From assembly GCA_012295275.1 (NCBI GenBank), contig CM022671.1, forward strand, positions 35,836,001 to 35,900,000: a stretch of 64,000 bases of DNA, written 5' to 3'. Made by a program: the position numbers and the translations under genes. Source of the stretch: Chrysomallon squamiferum. Its lineage: Eukaryota; Animalia; Mollusca. The notes under the pieces were generated by a model. It saw nothing but the letters and a program-made list of their open reading frames with translations. It made no database searches and was not told the origin of the DNA. Numbering within the stretch: position 1 is the first letter of the stretch; the number at the start of each line of letters is the position of its first letter. Below are positions 1-13,976 of the stretch, piece by piece.

Positions 1-18
1 TTTCATTCTTGAACTCAC

Positions 19-429
19 GTGCAGGATGCCGTTAGAGTGTAAATTGCCAGGTAATGACCCAGAAACATCTGTACAGCGGTTACGAATATTCTCTGTTCAC
101 AGTTTGTTCTGAAATATACGTATTTGAAAGGCGAGTGGACGGACGGACATTATTAAGGGCACAAAAACAACAACTGACAGACAGACTGATAAACTGAAAT
201 ATTCAGAAGACATATTTCTGTCATCAGGTGGGCCGACCCAACAACAATGAAAGAGAAAAGCATTAAAAACATTTTTTTTTATAATATTAGTGATAATCTA
301 CATCACAATGTAATTATAACTTTAAGTGTTACAGAAAGGTAATATACTAGACAAAAAACCTACACGAAGAAATATTTTATGTAATCACAGACAAGAGAAC
401 ACAGACTTTGATAAACCTGCCAAGAACCA
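19..429 (-). other. Candidate exons (429-364, 92-19) of a gene running off the left edge
   Basis: Minus strand: a pyrimidine-rich acceptor (ttttccgttccaaccag) precedes 429, with donors gtaggt after 364 and gtgagt after 19. One frame reads GSWQVYQSLCSLVCDYIKYFF. The frame could not be closed unambiguously. Confidence 0.25.
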
Positions 430-467
430 CTGGTTGGAACGGAAAATACAAGTAAAGAAAAACACCG

Positions 468-1433
468 ACACCACCACCACTACTACAACTTCTACTACCA
501 TCAGCACTACTACAACTTCTACTACCACCACCACCACTACTACAAAGTCTACTACCACAACCACCATTACAACTTCTACTACCACCACCACCACTACAAC
601 TTCTACTACCACCACCACTACTACAACTTCTACTACCACCACCACCACTACAACTTCTACTACCACCACTACAACTTCTACTACCACCACCACCACCACT
701 ACCAACTTCTACTACCACCACCACCACCACTACCACTACTACTACCACCACCACCACACCACCACCACCACTACTACAACTTCTACTACCACTACCACCA
801 CCACCACTACACCACTACTCTACTACCACCACCACCACTACTACAACTTCTACCCACCACCACTACAACTTCTACTACCACCACCACCACCACCACCACC
901 ACCACCACACCACTTCTACCACCACCACCACCACCACTACCACCCAACTTCTACAACACTACTACACCACCACACCACCACCACTACTACCACACCACCA
1001 CTACTCTACTACCACCACCACCACCACCACAACTTCTACTACTACCACCACCACCACTACAACTTACAACTACTACCACCACCACCACCACCACTACAAC
1101 TCAACTACTACTACAACACCACCACTACCACCACCACCACTACAACTTCTACTACCACCACAACCACTACAACTTCTACTACCACCACAACCACTACAAC
1201 TTATACTACCAGAACCACCACTATAACGTCTACTACCACCACCACTACTACAACTTCTACTACCACCACAACCACTACAACTTATACTACCAGAACCACC
1301 ACTATAACGTCTACCACCACCACTACAACCACCACTACTACAACTTCTACTACCACCACCACTACAACTTCTACTACCAGAACCACCACTATAACGTCTA
1401 CTACAACCACCACCACTACAACTTCTACTACCA
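468..1433. repeat. Cryptic (ACC/ACT)n trinucleotide repeat with ~27-bp higher-order units
   Basis: actacaacttctactaccaccaccacc recurs, with scattered indels at 700-1100. It produces the poly-Thr/His/Pro ORF 326-1465. Confidence 0.9.
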
Positions 1434-1759
1434 CTGCTCCTCCTCCTGCTACCTATTACTATTAGAAAAAGAAAAACAAATTTCGTTTCTGTTTTATAAA
1501 AATTTATATTTCTTATTAATTGCATGCAGGTATTCAGTAAATGAAAAAAAATTATCATACTTATTTTTTTTTTTTTTAACCGTTTTATATTTAGTAATAA
1601 TATACTATAAATTTTAAAACGAAAAATAGAAAGAAGAAAAACAAAAGAACAAGAAAAATAATGAATTTTTTAAAAATAAAATCGATTGAATGAAAGTGAA
1701 ATATTAAAAAATAAAAAAAAAATAAAAATAAAGAAAGAAAAAGAAAAAAGCAACTGGTT

Positions 1760-1908
1760 TAATCACGTGATTAGTTGTGTGTTAACAAATTTAACCAATT
1801 AAATCGTTCTGCGTACCCGCACATGTGGCATGCGCGTGTCTGGGCGTGTTCTCTTAACGCAAATCTAACGGTACATCTAGTCACGTGACAACAGAATTGG
1901 ATATAATT
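1760..1908. promoter_or_regulatory. CpG-enriched putative promoter, possibly bidirectional
   Basis: Two TCACGTGA E-boxes (~1762, ~1881), gcatgcgc and gggcgtg elements lie in an AT-rich background just upstream of ATG 1909 and two strong donors (after 1956 and 1997). Confidence 0.45.
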
Positions 1909-2180
1909 ATGGCGGTTTTCGCTGTTTCCGAGCAAGTTAAAGATTTGATTAAGAAAGTAAGAAGGTGTCTGAATTTACACAGTTCAAATTTACACAGGTA
2001 GGAAAAACTAATAATTTATATTTTGTTTTTCTTTCTTTTTTTTTTAGATGGGATATTTTGGGGGTTTAATGTCAAGTTTTAAACATTTTACACTGTTTTT
2101 GCGTTTCCTATGTAGGGATGGGGGAGTTTCGTTTCATTTTGTTTTATTTAATTTTATATTATTTTATTTTACTTATTTTT

Positions 2181-2211
<31 letters not shown>

Positions 2212-2353
2212 TTGTCTTACTTAATAACTTATTCTTATACAGATTATTAAAAAGTAGATTATTAAAAAATAGAGGTTTGATAAAAATATTATTTATAATT
2301 TTCAGTTTTTCTTCTAATTTCTTTTTTATTATTTTTATTTTCTGATTTCCCGT

Positions 2354-2400
<47 letters not shown>

Positions 2401-3386
2401 TTAACTAATTTTCTGTTTTGCCTACAACAAGGTATTTTATCTGCTTATCACTTAAAACCAGTTTTTGTTTCCTCAGAGAAGCTGGATCGAAACCCGAAAC
2501 TGTCTAATTTCCATTTTACAAAATGCTGAAGTGTAAGTTTACAAACTTAGCGTGACAACGTTTTCAATGTCTTTGTCTTTTTTAACACGAACTGATTTTA
2601 ACTAGACTCAGCCTCTAAGTAAAGTTTGTCAGGTTATTCCAATTATCAGTTTTCTACACGTTTAATTTCCCCAAGTTTTCATCTCTTTTACTCTTTATTT
2701 GAAGTTTTTGTTCTGTTTTGCTTTGTATAGTTCTTCATTTCTTTTAAAAAAAAAAAAATTCTTTCTTTATTTTATTCTTTATTCTTTTACTTTGCTCTCA
2801 GTTTGTTTATTTTCTTATGGTTATGTTTCTTCTTTTTTATTTCGTCGTTTTTCTTCTTTATATATTTTATTTCTTTTTAAAAATTTTTTAAAAACAAATA
2901 TTTTAAATTCAAATGAAAAAATATGTTTTATACACACTTTTAAGCAACAGAGTTAAAACAAAAAGAATAAAAACCAGAGCGAAAAAAAAAAACCCAAACC
3001 CCAAAAGACAATAACAACAACAACAATAATACTAATAATAATAATAATAATAACGCAACATAAATGAAGCCGCGCCCGACTGGAGAAGCGTGATGACGTC
3101 ACTACAGGAGTCAGAATGTGACTTCGGACTGCGCAGGAGGCTAAACGTAACACTCCTTCGCAACCCGCAGTCTCACCACGTCTCCTCACTCGTCCTGTAC
3201 TTCACAAAAAACAAACGATTCAGAAAACTCTTCAAAGGTTCGCAAGATGTTACTGTATTACCATCATCACTGGAGGTGTTGGAGAGTTTCTGTCTGAACG
3301 GTTTTAAACTGTGTCGTGTTATAATTATAGTCTTATAAAAAAAAGTGAGAGACAGAGATTGAAAGAGAGTGAGATAGACAAAGACA

Positions 3387-3485
<99 letters not shown>

Positions 3486-3555
3486 GTGTAAGAAAACAGT
3501 GAATGAGTTTATTTATTTATTTATTTATTTCAGGTTTGAGACAGAAGGAGAATAA
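1909..3555 (+). CDS. Candidate spliced uORF/microprotein, 41 aa (exons 1909-1956, 2477-2532, 3534-3555)
   Basis: AAA|gtaaga, cctcag|, GT|gtaagt and ttcag| join in frame to MAVFAVSEQVKDLIKKRSWIETRNCLISILQNAEVFETEGE*. The stop is 15 nt before ATG 3571. Confidence 0.35.
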
Positions 3556-3570
3556 GTTTTGATTCTTGTG

Positions 3571-6028
3571 ATGTTTGTTCTGTCAGGTTTGTGTTTGAAT
3601 TACATATCTATTAAAAACAACACAGTACATCTATATTCCTACTTCTGTAACACTGTTATTCTTGTAACCTTCATGCTATTACCACTATTAATATTACTCA
3701 TTCTTCTTCTAGTACCATTACTACTATCACTACTGCTACTACTATTACTACTACTTATAGTACAACCACAGGACCAAAACCACCGTCTCCACCACCATCA
3801 CCACTACTACTACTTATTACTTCTAGTAGTACTACTACTACTATTACTACTATTAGTAGTACAACCACGTGATCAAAGCCACTATCTCCACTATCACCAG
3901 TACTGCTAATATTACTACTACTTACTACGTCTACTGTTACTACTACTACTATCACTACCACTCCTTCTACTATAGCTCTTTTTAACACCTTATTTCAGTG
4001 TTTTTCACGGTGATTGTTTTAACAAATGGCTTCCGTGACACCTGGCTTACAAAACGGAGGTTACCAGGTCAAAGGTGAGATCAGTCACGTAATGAATTCT
4101 TAGCAGAAATATTGATACGTTTTAAAAATCAAGTGTCTTAGAAAGTTTTGACGTAATTTCTTTTAGTTGACAATTTTAAGTCACGAGCAAATTAAAATTT
4201 ACTACAAAAATTTATACTGTAACAATAATAAAAATATATGAATAAATGAATGAATGAATGAATAAGGAAGTCAGTAACTAAATAAATAAATAAGAAAATA
4301 AATAAATAAAATAGAAACGATTTTGAGGACACACGAAACTTAAGCTAATTGTTTAGTGGCGGGTATAGTTTCCTATTTACGGTATTATAATTATGACGTG
4401 ATGCTTCGTAATTTGTCGGATTGACGGAAACTAACGAAACTTTCTAAAAGTTACGTGAATGCAGGTTTTTGTTTCAAAAGTAGCGTGTTAATATAACATA
4501 ATGTAAAGTATCCCTATTAGACTAGTAAGTAATCAGTGTACTTATAAAGTAAGGATTTTCTTATTTTTTAAATTGTAATTACAAAAAAATTACACTGAGA
4601 TAAACTCAGATGTCTTTGACAGTTTATGTTTGTATGTTAGATTCATTCTAACACAAATACTCTGATTAATATCTATCTATCTGTCTGTCTATCTATCATC
4701 TGTCTATCTATCTATCTATCTATCCCTCTATCTATCTATCTATCTATCTAATATATAACATGTAGGAGATATTCTTTGTTTGTTTTTCATTCTTTCTAAA
4801 TGAACGCTTCGCTTTTTCTCTTCCAGTTCGTTCGGAGATGGTTCCCGTTCTATGACGCTAAAAGAAAAAAATGTAAACAACAGACAACTCCTTTCAAACG
4901 GTAAGACGTTTTTCCCAGTCTGTTCAGTATCTGTTCATCATATTTGAGCTGGTACATTAACCGAAACAGAATTGTATGAACGTGTGTGCGCGTGAGTGCG
5001 TGTTCGCATGTTTATAGCATTTACCACAGAGATTTACGGATATAACATGCAGTATAACTATAGTAGTTTTCATAATGTTCACGTTTGTAACATTTTTCGT
5101 GATTAAAACGTAATATGACTACCGTGGATTTCGTAATTAGTGGGTTTTTGTGTTGTGTGTATGTGTGTGTGTGTGTGTGTGTGTCTTTGTGTGTCTTTGT
5201 CTGAATGTATGTTTTTGTGTATGTATGTGTAACTATTTTTATATGTGTACATGTGTTTGTGAGTGTATGTGTTTGAATTTGTTTAAATGTTTGTCTGTGT
5301 GTTGTCTTTTAATGTTGAGATTTTGTGGTTACGTTTAAAGAAACGAAGCCACATCTCATAAAATTATTGATTTCTTAGTAAATAGTTAAAGCAGTTTTTT
5401 TTTTTTTTTTAAATCTAAAAAAAAAAAAAAAAAAGAAAAAAGAAAAAATATCTCCTCTTGTCAGATGGTAAAACGCACTTTATTACAATGAACTGAAAAG
5501 AAAAAGAAATTAAATTAATATTTAATACCAATCTTTTCACACAATAAAATTTTCATGTTTTAAAATCAAAATATCAACTGTTTGCGTCTCGGTTTCCATA
5601 GCAACAATCGGCAGAAACATTCCCCGAGCATTAATATTTAACGCAAGAAATGTATCTATGAAAATGTTTGGCGTATGAATTTCACTTTTGCTCGTCGTTT
5701 GAAAGAAATAAAATAAAACATTTAGTCAAAGATTATCAGATGTGGAGATTTGTGCTGGGGAAGCTTATGAAATGTTAATAAGCTGAAATGTCAGGAGCAT
5801 TTTGAGCGGATATCCAGTTTCACTTTCTGCGTGTCGCGTTACAAACTGAAAGTCTTTGCTTTTTGTGAAGACATTTTTGTCTTGCTTTGTACTCGTAGAC
5901 TGGTTTCGTCTTGGGAAATGTTCTCATTGTTTGAACGACTTGAAATGACTGTCCTTTGTTACTTGTTCTGAGCTTTTTTAAAAATCTCTGTTTTAATGAC
6001 ATCGTCTTGCTAATCTTTTTTCCCCCCA

Positions 6029-6075
<47 letters not shown>

Positions 6076-6181
6076 ATTATTTTTAATTTTTTCTTTTTAA
6101 ATGAATAAAGCAAATTTCTTCTTCTTACTATAGATATTATTGACATCATCGTTATCATTATTATTGTTATTATTACTATCA

Positions 6182-6242
<61 letters not shown>

Positions 6243-7196
6243 TGATAAATTTACCGAAGATGGACAGTTCTGGAAATAAAACAAAATCCAGGTTTGTATA
6301 TTTTAATATTAAAATAATAATAATAATAATGGATAGATAGATAGATGGTTGGAATGATGAATGGATTATGGATAAATGAATGGATAAACAGACAGACTGT
6401 TCTAGAAATGACTTAATACGTATTTTATTGTTTTCACTGTTTGACATTTTTGTAGGACTCAGTGTTTCGCCAGAGAACAAAATGTACTCGAGATTTTCTT
6501 CACGTGAGTAAATTAAAACTGTCACTGAGCGGTCTGTTTGAGAAATAATCATTTATCTACTCACTCACTTTACACTCAGCGGACGCGAAAACAGGCAAAA
6601 AAAAAAAATAATATATATATATATATAATAATAAAAATAAAAATAATAGTAATAATAACAATAAAAGTTAGGCATAAAGAAACAGAAATTTCGACTGGGT
6701 GTAAATATTATTATCCTGTTATAAATACATCAAAGTTAAAAAGTAAATGCTCGTCAAAGATGGAATTTTTTTTTTTTTTTTTTTTTTTAAATTGATGTAT
6801 CACAAGTTAATTATGTATTTTCGTTTATATTAAGTAAAATATAAAAATTCCAATAAATATCATTGAAAAAAAAATTCTGTTTACAGTTCCTGAAATAAAA
6901 TAAAATGATCTATCTTCTTCTCGTCATTTCTATGTTCTATCGTTTCAGTGGGAATGTGAATAAATAAATAAATAAATAGATAAATAAATAAATAAATAAA
7001 TAAATAATTGGACTTTTTAAATATAATTTTTACAGAGACAACAAGCTGTTAAGAAATACCCGCTAAATGGTACGAAACAAGTCGTACACACAGACACACA
7101 TACACAATTATACATACATACATACAGACAGATAGGCATATACACATACATATTATATAAATGAAACACAAACAAATGAATAAATATATAAATAAA

Positions 7197-7243
<47 letters not shown>

Positions 7244-7278
7244 ATAATAATAATAATAATAATTATTATTATTATTAC

Positions 7279-7312
<34 letters not shown>

Positions 7313-7541
7313 AATACGTCGTATTTTCATTGTCTCATTCATTAACATAAAAAAAAAAAAAAAAAAAAAAAAAGAATTTAAGCACATTGATACTAACACT
7401 TATGAAGTTACTTTATGATTCTAAATTTTCGTCACAGGAAAACCAACAACTCCGTCACCGGCGAATGCGGCTTCTTTAACTTCCGGTGTTCGATGGATTG
7501 CAGTTATTTCCCTTGTACTGTTAATAAAGACGACCCTGTAA
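3571..7541 (+). CDS. Small secreted, probably GPI-anchored protein (exons 3571-3586, 3999-4074, 4827-4900, 6456-6503, 7438-7541; internal exons uncertain)
   Basis: Signal peptide MFVLS|VFFTVIVLTNG. The last exon KPTTPSPANAASLTSGVRWIAVISLVLLIKTTL* has the small-residue/spacer/hydrophobic-tail layout of a GPI signal. Further candidate exons at 6260-6291 and 7036-7069 make the middle frame ambiguous. Confidence 0.55.
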
Positions 7542-8797
7542 TCACCGTTGACGTGCAAAAATGAAATCGTTTCAAATCAGTACAGAGCGGCCGAAGGAAC
7601 TTGAGTTGAATCAGTTGTACGAAACAGAAGTTATTCAACTGAAAATGTATTCCAGTGTCTGACAGAAGAAAACAGTTTCTTTTCTTTTGCGTCCGGAGAG
7701 ATATTTTAAAATGAACGGAGAATAAAATAACGTATTACAAAGAGGTTGGAGGACCACAGACTTTTACATCCACTGGATCCGCGGCTGATGTTTAAACAAA
7801 GACACAGTGACTCGATAATAGACAAGGTGTGTCTCAATTAAGCTGACATTTTGAATGTACACGATTTTGTGCTTCATATGTACGTAGGTGTTTGTACGTG
7901 ATAGTGCGCGTATGTACGTATGTTTATCCATTTTGATAACAGAGACATGATATCGTTTATACTTAATTGTACTATTTTTTTTATTGCTAATTTATCAACA
8001 TTGTTTATTAACGCTATGGTTTATTTGAGTTAATAATATTAATTTTTATCTGTTTATATTTTTGGGTTTACTTTCAGTTGATTCTAAGAGGCTTTGTGCT
8101 GTAATGAATTATTCATTGAAATTAATAAATTTGAGTCACATTTTGAGGTTGTTTCTGTATTTATTTTATTTTTATTTATCGTTTGCATTTTAATTTTTAT
8201 TCATTCCTTCTTTTGTATTATTTCATTTATTTATTTACTGTTAAAATACATACTTTTCATTTCATTATTTTGAAACATTCTATTAATTTAGCTCCACGGT
8301 ACTGTACATTTTTTATTGGTGTTGACAGAATAGTTTTAACTTTCTAGCTGCAAATACGACACAGTTATTATCATATAAATTTAACACAAACATTACGATA
8401 CGGAAATAAAACAGTTTATGAATATTTTAAGTAGACCACAGTTTTAATGTGCGCTAAGGTTTTTCTTTTCTTTTTTTTTCAAACTAAACGGCTTCAGAAA
8501 AATTTCTTGTTTGCTTTTTTTTTTACTTTTCTTTTTATTTATTTATTTATTTATTAAATTAGTTTTTTAATTTATTTTTGTCTGTCTATCTTACATTTAT
8601 GTGACTTCGAAATGATATGTTTACAAATGACGTACATTGTTAATCAGACACGCAAACAAGTGTAAAAAGTGATTTCAGTCACAGCTCAGTTTAGAAGTAA
8701 AAATATTTTACTTATCAGATTTGTAAAAAAACAAACAAATGAGACTTCTGCTGTTAACATTTATTTCTGAGACAGTTAATCCACAACTGATTTGTGA

Positions 8798-10217
8798 TCA
8801 TCGTTGATACCACGCCCTTGTCAGTTTCTGGTTATCTCTAAAAACAAAACAGTTTTTTATTTTCATTTGCTAATTTTACCAAGTAATTCCACACCAAAAC
8901 ACACATATATAAACACACATAACCACACACACATCGAATTTTACTGAATTTTTTAATATTACCTTCGATTAATAACATTCACTATGATCATTTGTTGATT
9001 TAACAATTAAAAATATTATTCACTTTTTGTTTTGTGTTAGTGCATACTGTAGGACATTGCTGTTATATAATAAAAATAAAAAATTATTTTTTACCTTTAC
9101 ATTGCACCAAACGTACTTCCTTCAATGTCTCTAGGATAAAATATTACAAGAAAGTTATATTACAATGTAGAATATTTTATATAAATATATTCAAATAAAC
9201 CATAATTTTTATAGAGTTTTCATTTTCTTCTAAAAGTGCTTTCGAAGAATAATTATAGAAATAAAATAAACATAAAATAATAATAAATAAATAAAAATAA
9301 AACACTTAGACACAACACACATACACATATACGCACACATACGCACATTCACACCTACACACATACACATACATACATTACACACACCTATACACATATA
9401 CACTACACACGCATATAGACACATATAAGTACACACACATGTATTTGGAATTTCAAATGAATTTTAAAATGTTACCTTTATTTTATGACATTTATTTTGA
9501 TTATATTTTAATACAACAATTATATTTCATTCTCTCTCATGAACACAGAGGGATCTTGGAGTAATATAATATAAATGAAAAATTCTTTTTTTTACCTTCT
9601 GCAACAATCACGTCCTCTGTGTCTAGAAAAAATATTACAACAAAGTTATATTACAATGCAGAATATAAAATATTTCATTGAAATATATTCAAATAAACCA
9701 TAATTTTTATACCGTTTTCATTTTCTTCTAAAACTGCATTAGAAAAATGATTATAGAAATAAAATAAACAATAATAATAATAAATAAATAAAAACTAAAA
9801 CACTCAAACACAACACATATACACACACATGCACATGAGTACGCAGACACGCACACATGCACACACATTCACATATACACTACACACACACACACAAATA
9901 AAGCCACATGTATTTGGAATTTCAAATGAATTTTAAAATGTTAATTTTATTTTATGAAATTGATTATGATTATTTGTTAATACAACAGTTACATTTTTTT
10001 TCTCTCTCATGTAAACAGTTGGAATTTACAGTTATATGATATAAATGAAAAATACTTTTTATTATTATTATTATTATTATTTTTTACCTTTTCATTTTAT
10101 CAAAAACAATTCCAAATCTGCTTGCTCCAGTATCTCTAGATAAAATATTACAACAAAGTTACATTACAACGTAGAATGTAAACAGTTTTATGTAAACATA
10201 TTCAAATAAACCGTACT

Positions 10218-10282
<65 letters not shown>

Positions 10283-10640
10283 TTCATTATTAATAATTAT
10301 AGAAATACAATAAACATCAATAATAATAAATAAATAAATAAACAAAAACAGAACATCGCTTTAACACACACGAATTTTCAAATTTTACTTTTATTTAATG
10401 GCAATTATAGCAATTATTTGTTGATTTAACAATTAACAATATTGTTTGTATTTAAATAAACCATAATTTTTAGCTAGCGTTAATTTTGACATAAAATATT
10501 CTGTTATGTGTATTAAAAATTCTCTTTTACTTTTTCATTTCACCTAAAGCAGTTCCCTCTACATCTCTTTCGAGAACGTTGGCGTTGATGTTGTCTACAA
10601 CGACAACAAACACGACGACGAGGAGCATCAGCTTCATCAT
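8798..10640 (-). CDS. Secreted multi-peptide (prohormone-like) precursor; coding exons 10640-10531, 10135-10088, 9622-9596, 9130-9095, 8837-8798
   Basis: MMKLMLLVVVFVVVVDNINA-NVLER-DVEGTALGEM-KK-DTGASRFGIVFDKM-KR-HRGRDCC-RR-DIEGSTFGAM(*)R-DNQKLTRAWYQR*. All introns are phase 2, GT-AG. AATAAA lies at ~8760-8765 on the minus strand. Confidence 0.75.
8860..10560. repeat. Three to four tandem ~450-500-bp intron+micro-exon duplication units
   Basis: The blocks atattacaacaaagttatattacaatg, atattcaaataaaccataattttt and atgtatttggaatttcaaatgaattttaaaatgtta recur near 9140/9630/10145 and 9440/9908. Confidence 0.85.
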
Positions 10641-10669
10641 TAGCTGTCTTCTTGAAATCTGTCAGTAAA

Positions 10670-10890
10670 ATAATAATAATAATAATAGTAATAATAATAG
10701 TAATAATAATAGTAATAATAATGAAAATAATAATAATAATAATAATAATAATAATTATAACAATAATAATAATAATAATAATAATTATAATAATAATAAT
10801 AATAATAGTAATAATAATGAAAATAATAATAATAATAATAATAATAATAATTATAATAATAATAATAATAATAATAGTAATAATAATGAA

Positions 10891-10970
<80 letters not shown>
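10670..10970. repeat. (TAA)n microsatellite
   Basis: Seen directly; it explains the poly-I and poly-Y ORFs. Confidence 0.95.
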
Positions 10971-11186
10971 AAATGATGGAGTTGATAACTAAATACCTGA
11001 ATTAGCTGTGTTGATAACACAAACGTTTTTTGTTTTTTTTTAATTTCTCAAATTAAAGATATGTTATTAAATATTTACTGATAAACAAAAATTATATTCT
11101 CTAATTTAAAAAAAAATAATAATAATAATATTTGATAATATTAAATACTTCTCTTAATATAAATATTCAACGTTAATGGACATTAC

Positions 11187-11229
11187 CTGATAAAGTCTGC
11201 TCTACGAAAATACGGAACTTGCTTATATA
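11187..11229 (-). promoter_or_regulatory. TATA box and very short non-coding first exon of the peptide precursor gene
   Basis: Minus strand TATATAA at 11229-11223, donor CAG|gtaatg at 11187, and next acceptor ctgacag| at 10658, 18 nt before the ATG. Confidence 0.55.
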
Positions 11230-11476
11230 GCGCAAATAACAGAATATATAGAATAGAATCTGAAAGAAAAAAAACGTGACATGCAGAGAATTAATGGAGA
11301 AACAAGCACATTAAATAAAACACAGATGTTGACTGATTATCAAAGTGATTCACAGAGCATGAAACTCAATAGCGTCCACGCATTATCTGTTCAAAACCAT
11401 AAATGTTGCTGAAATCTTTGTTTCTATATTTCCACACACACACACACACAAAAAAAAAAATATATATTAATAATAA

Positions 11477-11518
<42 letters not shown>

Positions 11519-12435
11519 TAATAATAATAAATATAAATAATAATAATAAAAAAATATCTGAATTATGAGTCTGAAGAAAGAAATAGTAGGTGGTAATATT
11601 AATACGAATCAAAATGTTCTGTTTAATGTTTTCTCTATTACCAGTGATACGCCATATTCTTCCACTTCATGAACTGATTTGTTTGAAGCCAGCCTTTTAT
11701 TTCCTATTAAATAATTATGATTATAGACATTAAGTGCCAACATATCTAGAGATTAAATCAGTTTTATATTTGATTTCGCTTTATTTGTAAATTGGATAAT
11801 GTTCCGTTTGAAACTGCTGCTGAAACCAATAACAATAATAACTAGAATAATAGTATTAGTAGTAGTAATAATATTTATAATAATAATGATAATAATAATA
11901 ATAGTAGTAATAGTAATAGTAATAATAATAATATTGTATGTTAATGGAGATATCTATTTAACAATACAACACAATCAGGGCTGGGTTAAAACACTTAGAG
12001 TTCCTAAGCACTAAGAAGATTTGGTGCCCCCTAACATTTGTAATTCAAAATATACACAATAACAAACCATAAAATAAACCATAAAACTTATTAATTTTTC
12101 ATAAAAATTTTGAAAACGGCTATAAATTTAATTAATTTAATAATTTAAATGCTAAATTCGGCTATGAAAAATTTCCCTTGATGTCCTAAGCACGTGCTTA
12201 CAGATAATTAGTAACATTTAATGAATTTATTTTTTACAGATATTATGTGTGAATGTATGTATGTATGTACGTGTGTATGTGTATGTATATATACATATAC
12301 ATGTATGTATGTATGTATATGTATATGTATGTATGTATACGTGTATATGCATATCTATATCTGCGTGTGTGTGTGTATTCATGTATATATGTATAATACA
12401 AATTTATATTCTATTTAATTTTATTTATTCAATCG

Positions 12436-12472
<37 letters not shown>

Positions 12473-13976
12473 ATTAAACCTGTTATTTGCTTATTACAGG
12501 ACCGATATATGAAGGCTGGAGTCAGTAACAAATACGAACACTCATACACACGCACACTCTCACACACGCACGCACACACTCACACATATTAGTCAGACTA
12601 ACAGGTTATTTCGCTGTATATCTTAACATGAAATGAATAAACGAAATGTGCGTTGGACGAAATGGGCAGCAATAACTCTGAACACAGAGTGAGAAATAAA
12701 CACTTGACAGTAACATTTGAACTGTTAGTTTGGTCTGTGTGGTGCTGTATATCACTAAAAAGACTGTCATAAAACAACACATCGAGTGGATGACCAGTGC
12801 ACGAACGTGTAGAACGTGTAGAACGTGTGTAATGTCCGCTTGAATTGAAATAAAACTTGTTGTGTTTTTAATTATCGTTTTATATGTCAGAAATTAATCT
12901 CCAGATATTGTAAGAAGAAATGTTTAGTAAACTGTTTAGCGAGTTTTTCCTTCACGGTTGAGTTATTTTCTTAACAGCTGCGACCTTCACCTTCCGCAAA
13001 GTAGCTGAAGCGAGTACAAGTAGTGTTAAAAAAGTTAAAACAAATCACTCTCAAATAATTATTATTACTACTACTTGTTAGAATCTCTAACAATAAATAT
13101 CTCTTTAAATAAATAAATAAATAAATTAGAAAGAGGAAAAATACTCTCGACGCCAATATTTTTATATTTTTATTTTTTTTATTTTCTACTTTTTTGCTTA
13201 TAGTAACAAAACAAATATTTTTTCTTTGTTTACTTCCCGTATTGGTCAGTCAAGCGTGGACATAACTGACCGTGGACTTTTTATAGACCAAGTTTTGCCA
13301 CTGTCAGTGGACAGAGGTCTGTAGCGGTCACAACTGAACTGTCAACAGGAATTTAACCCGACTGGAGATGTTTTTGTGAGCACCTTGCAGGTAATAACGT
13401 TATCTTTATATTACTCAATTCAAAACTTACACAGTTTACAAAATGACAGAACGTTATTCTCTATGAAGTCGATAGTGTTGTTTTGTTCATGCTGTAATAC
13501 AGATATTTGTTAACAAACGTTGTTGATGATTCACTTCTTTCTCTCTGCAAGTACGAGGACATGTTTATGTTTTTATTAAATCTTTCAACAACTCACAGTC
13601 TTCAACACTGGACGTGCGTATAAAGTTAATTTTAAATGTAACTTAGGATTGCCTACTGACATTAACAGACAGTAAACACAGACCATTTATATGTATATAT
13701 ATATATAATCAACGTACCAATTATAATTTATTTCTACAAAAAAAAAAAGGAAAGAAACGAAATACGTTTTTGACGATTTCCTTTTGAATGAAAAAACAAA
13801 CATACTACAAAAGTAAATAACCAAAACGAAATAAACAAATAAACTAACCCAAAACAACTAGTATTCAGTGCAGCTGATATATCTACATTGTTTAGCCTGC
13901 AATACACATATATATTAAAAAACAAATCAAAGAAGAACGTGTGCTCTTAATTCTGACTACAAGGCGATGTCATCAG

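Noticed and set aside
326-1465. 379-aa poly-Thr 'mucin' ORF
   Set aside because: It is an ACC/ACT repeat with frame-shifting indels, no ATG or signal peptide and no flanking splice sites on the plus strand; stop-free frames are expected from the composition.
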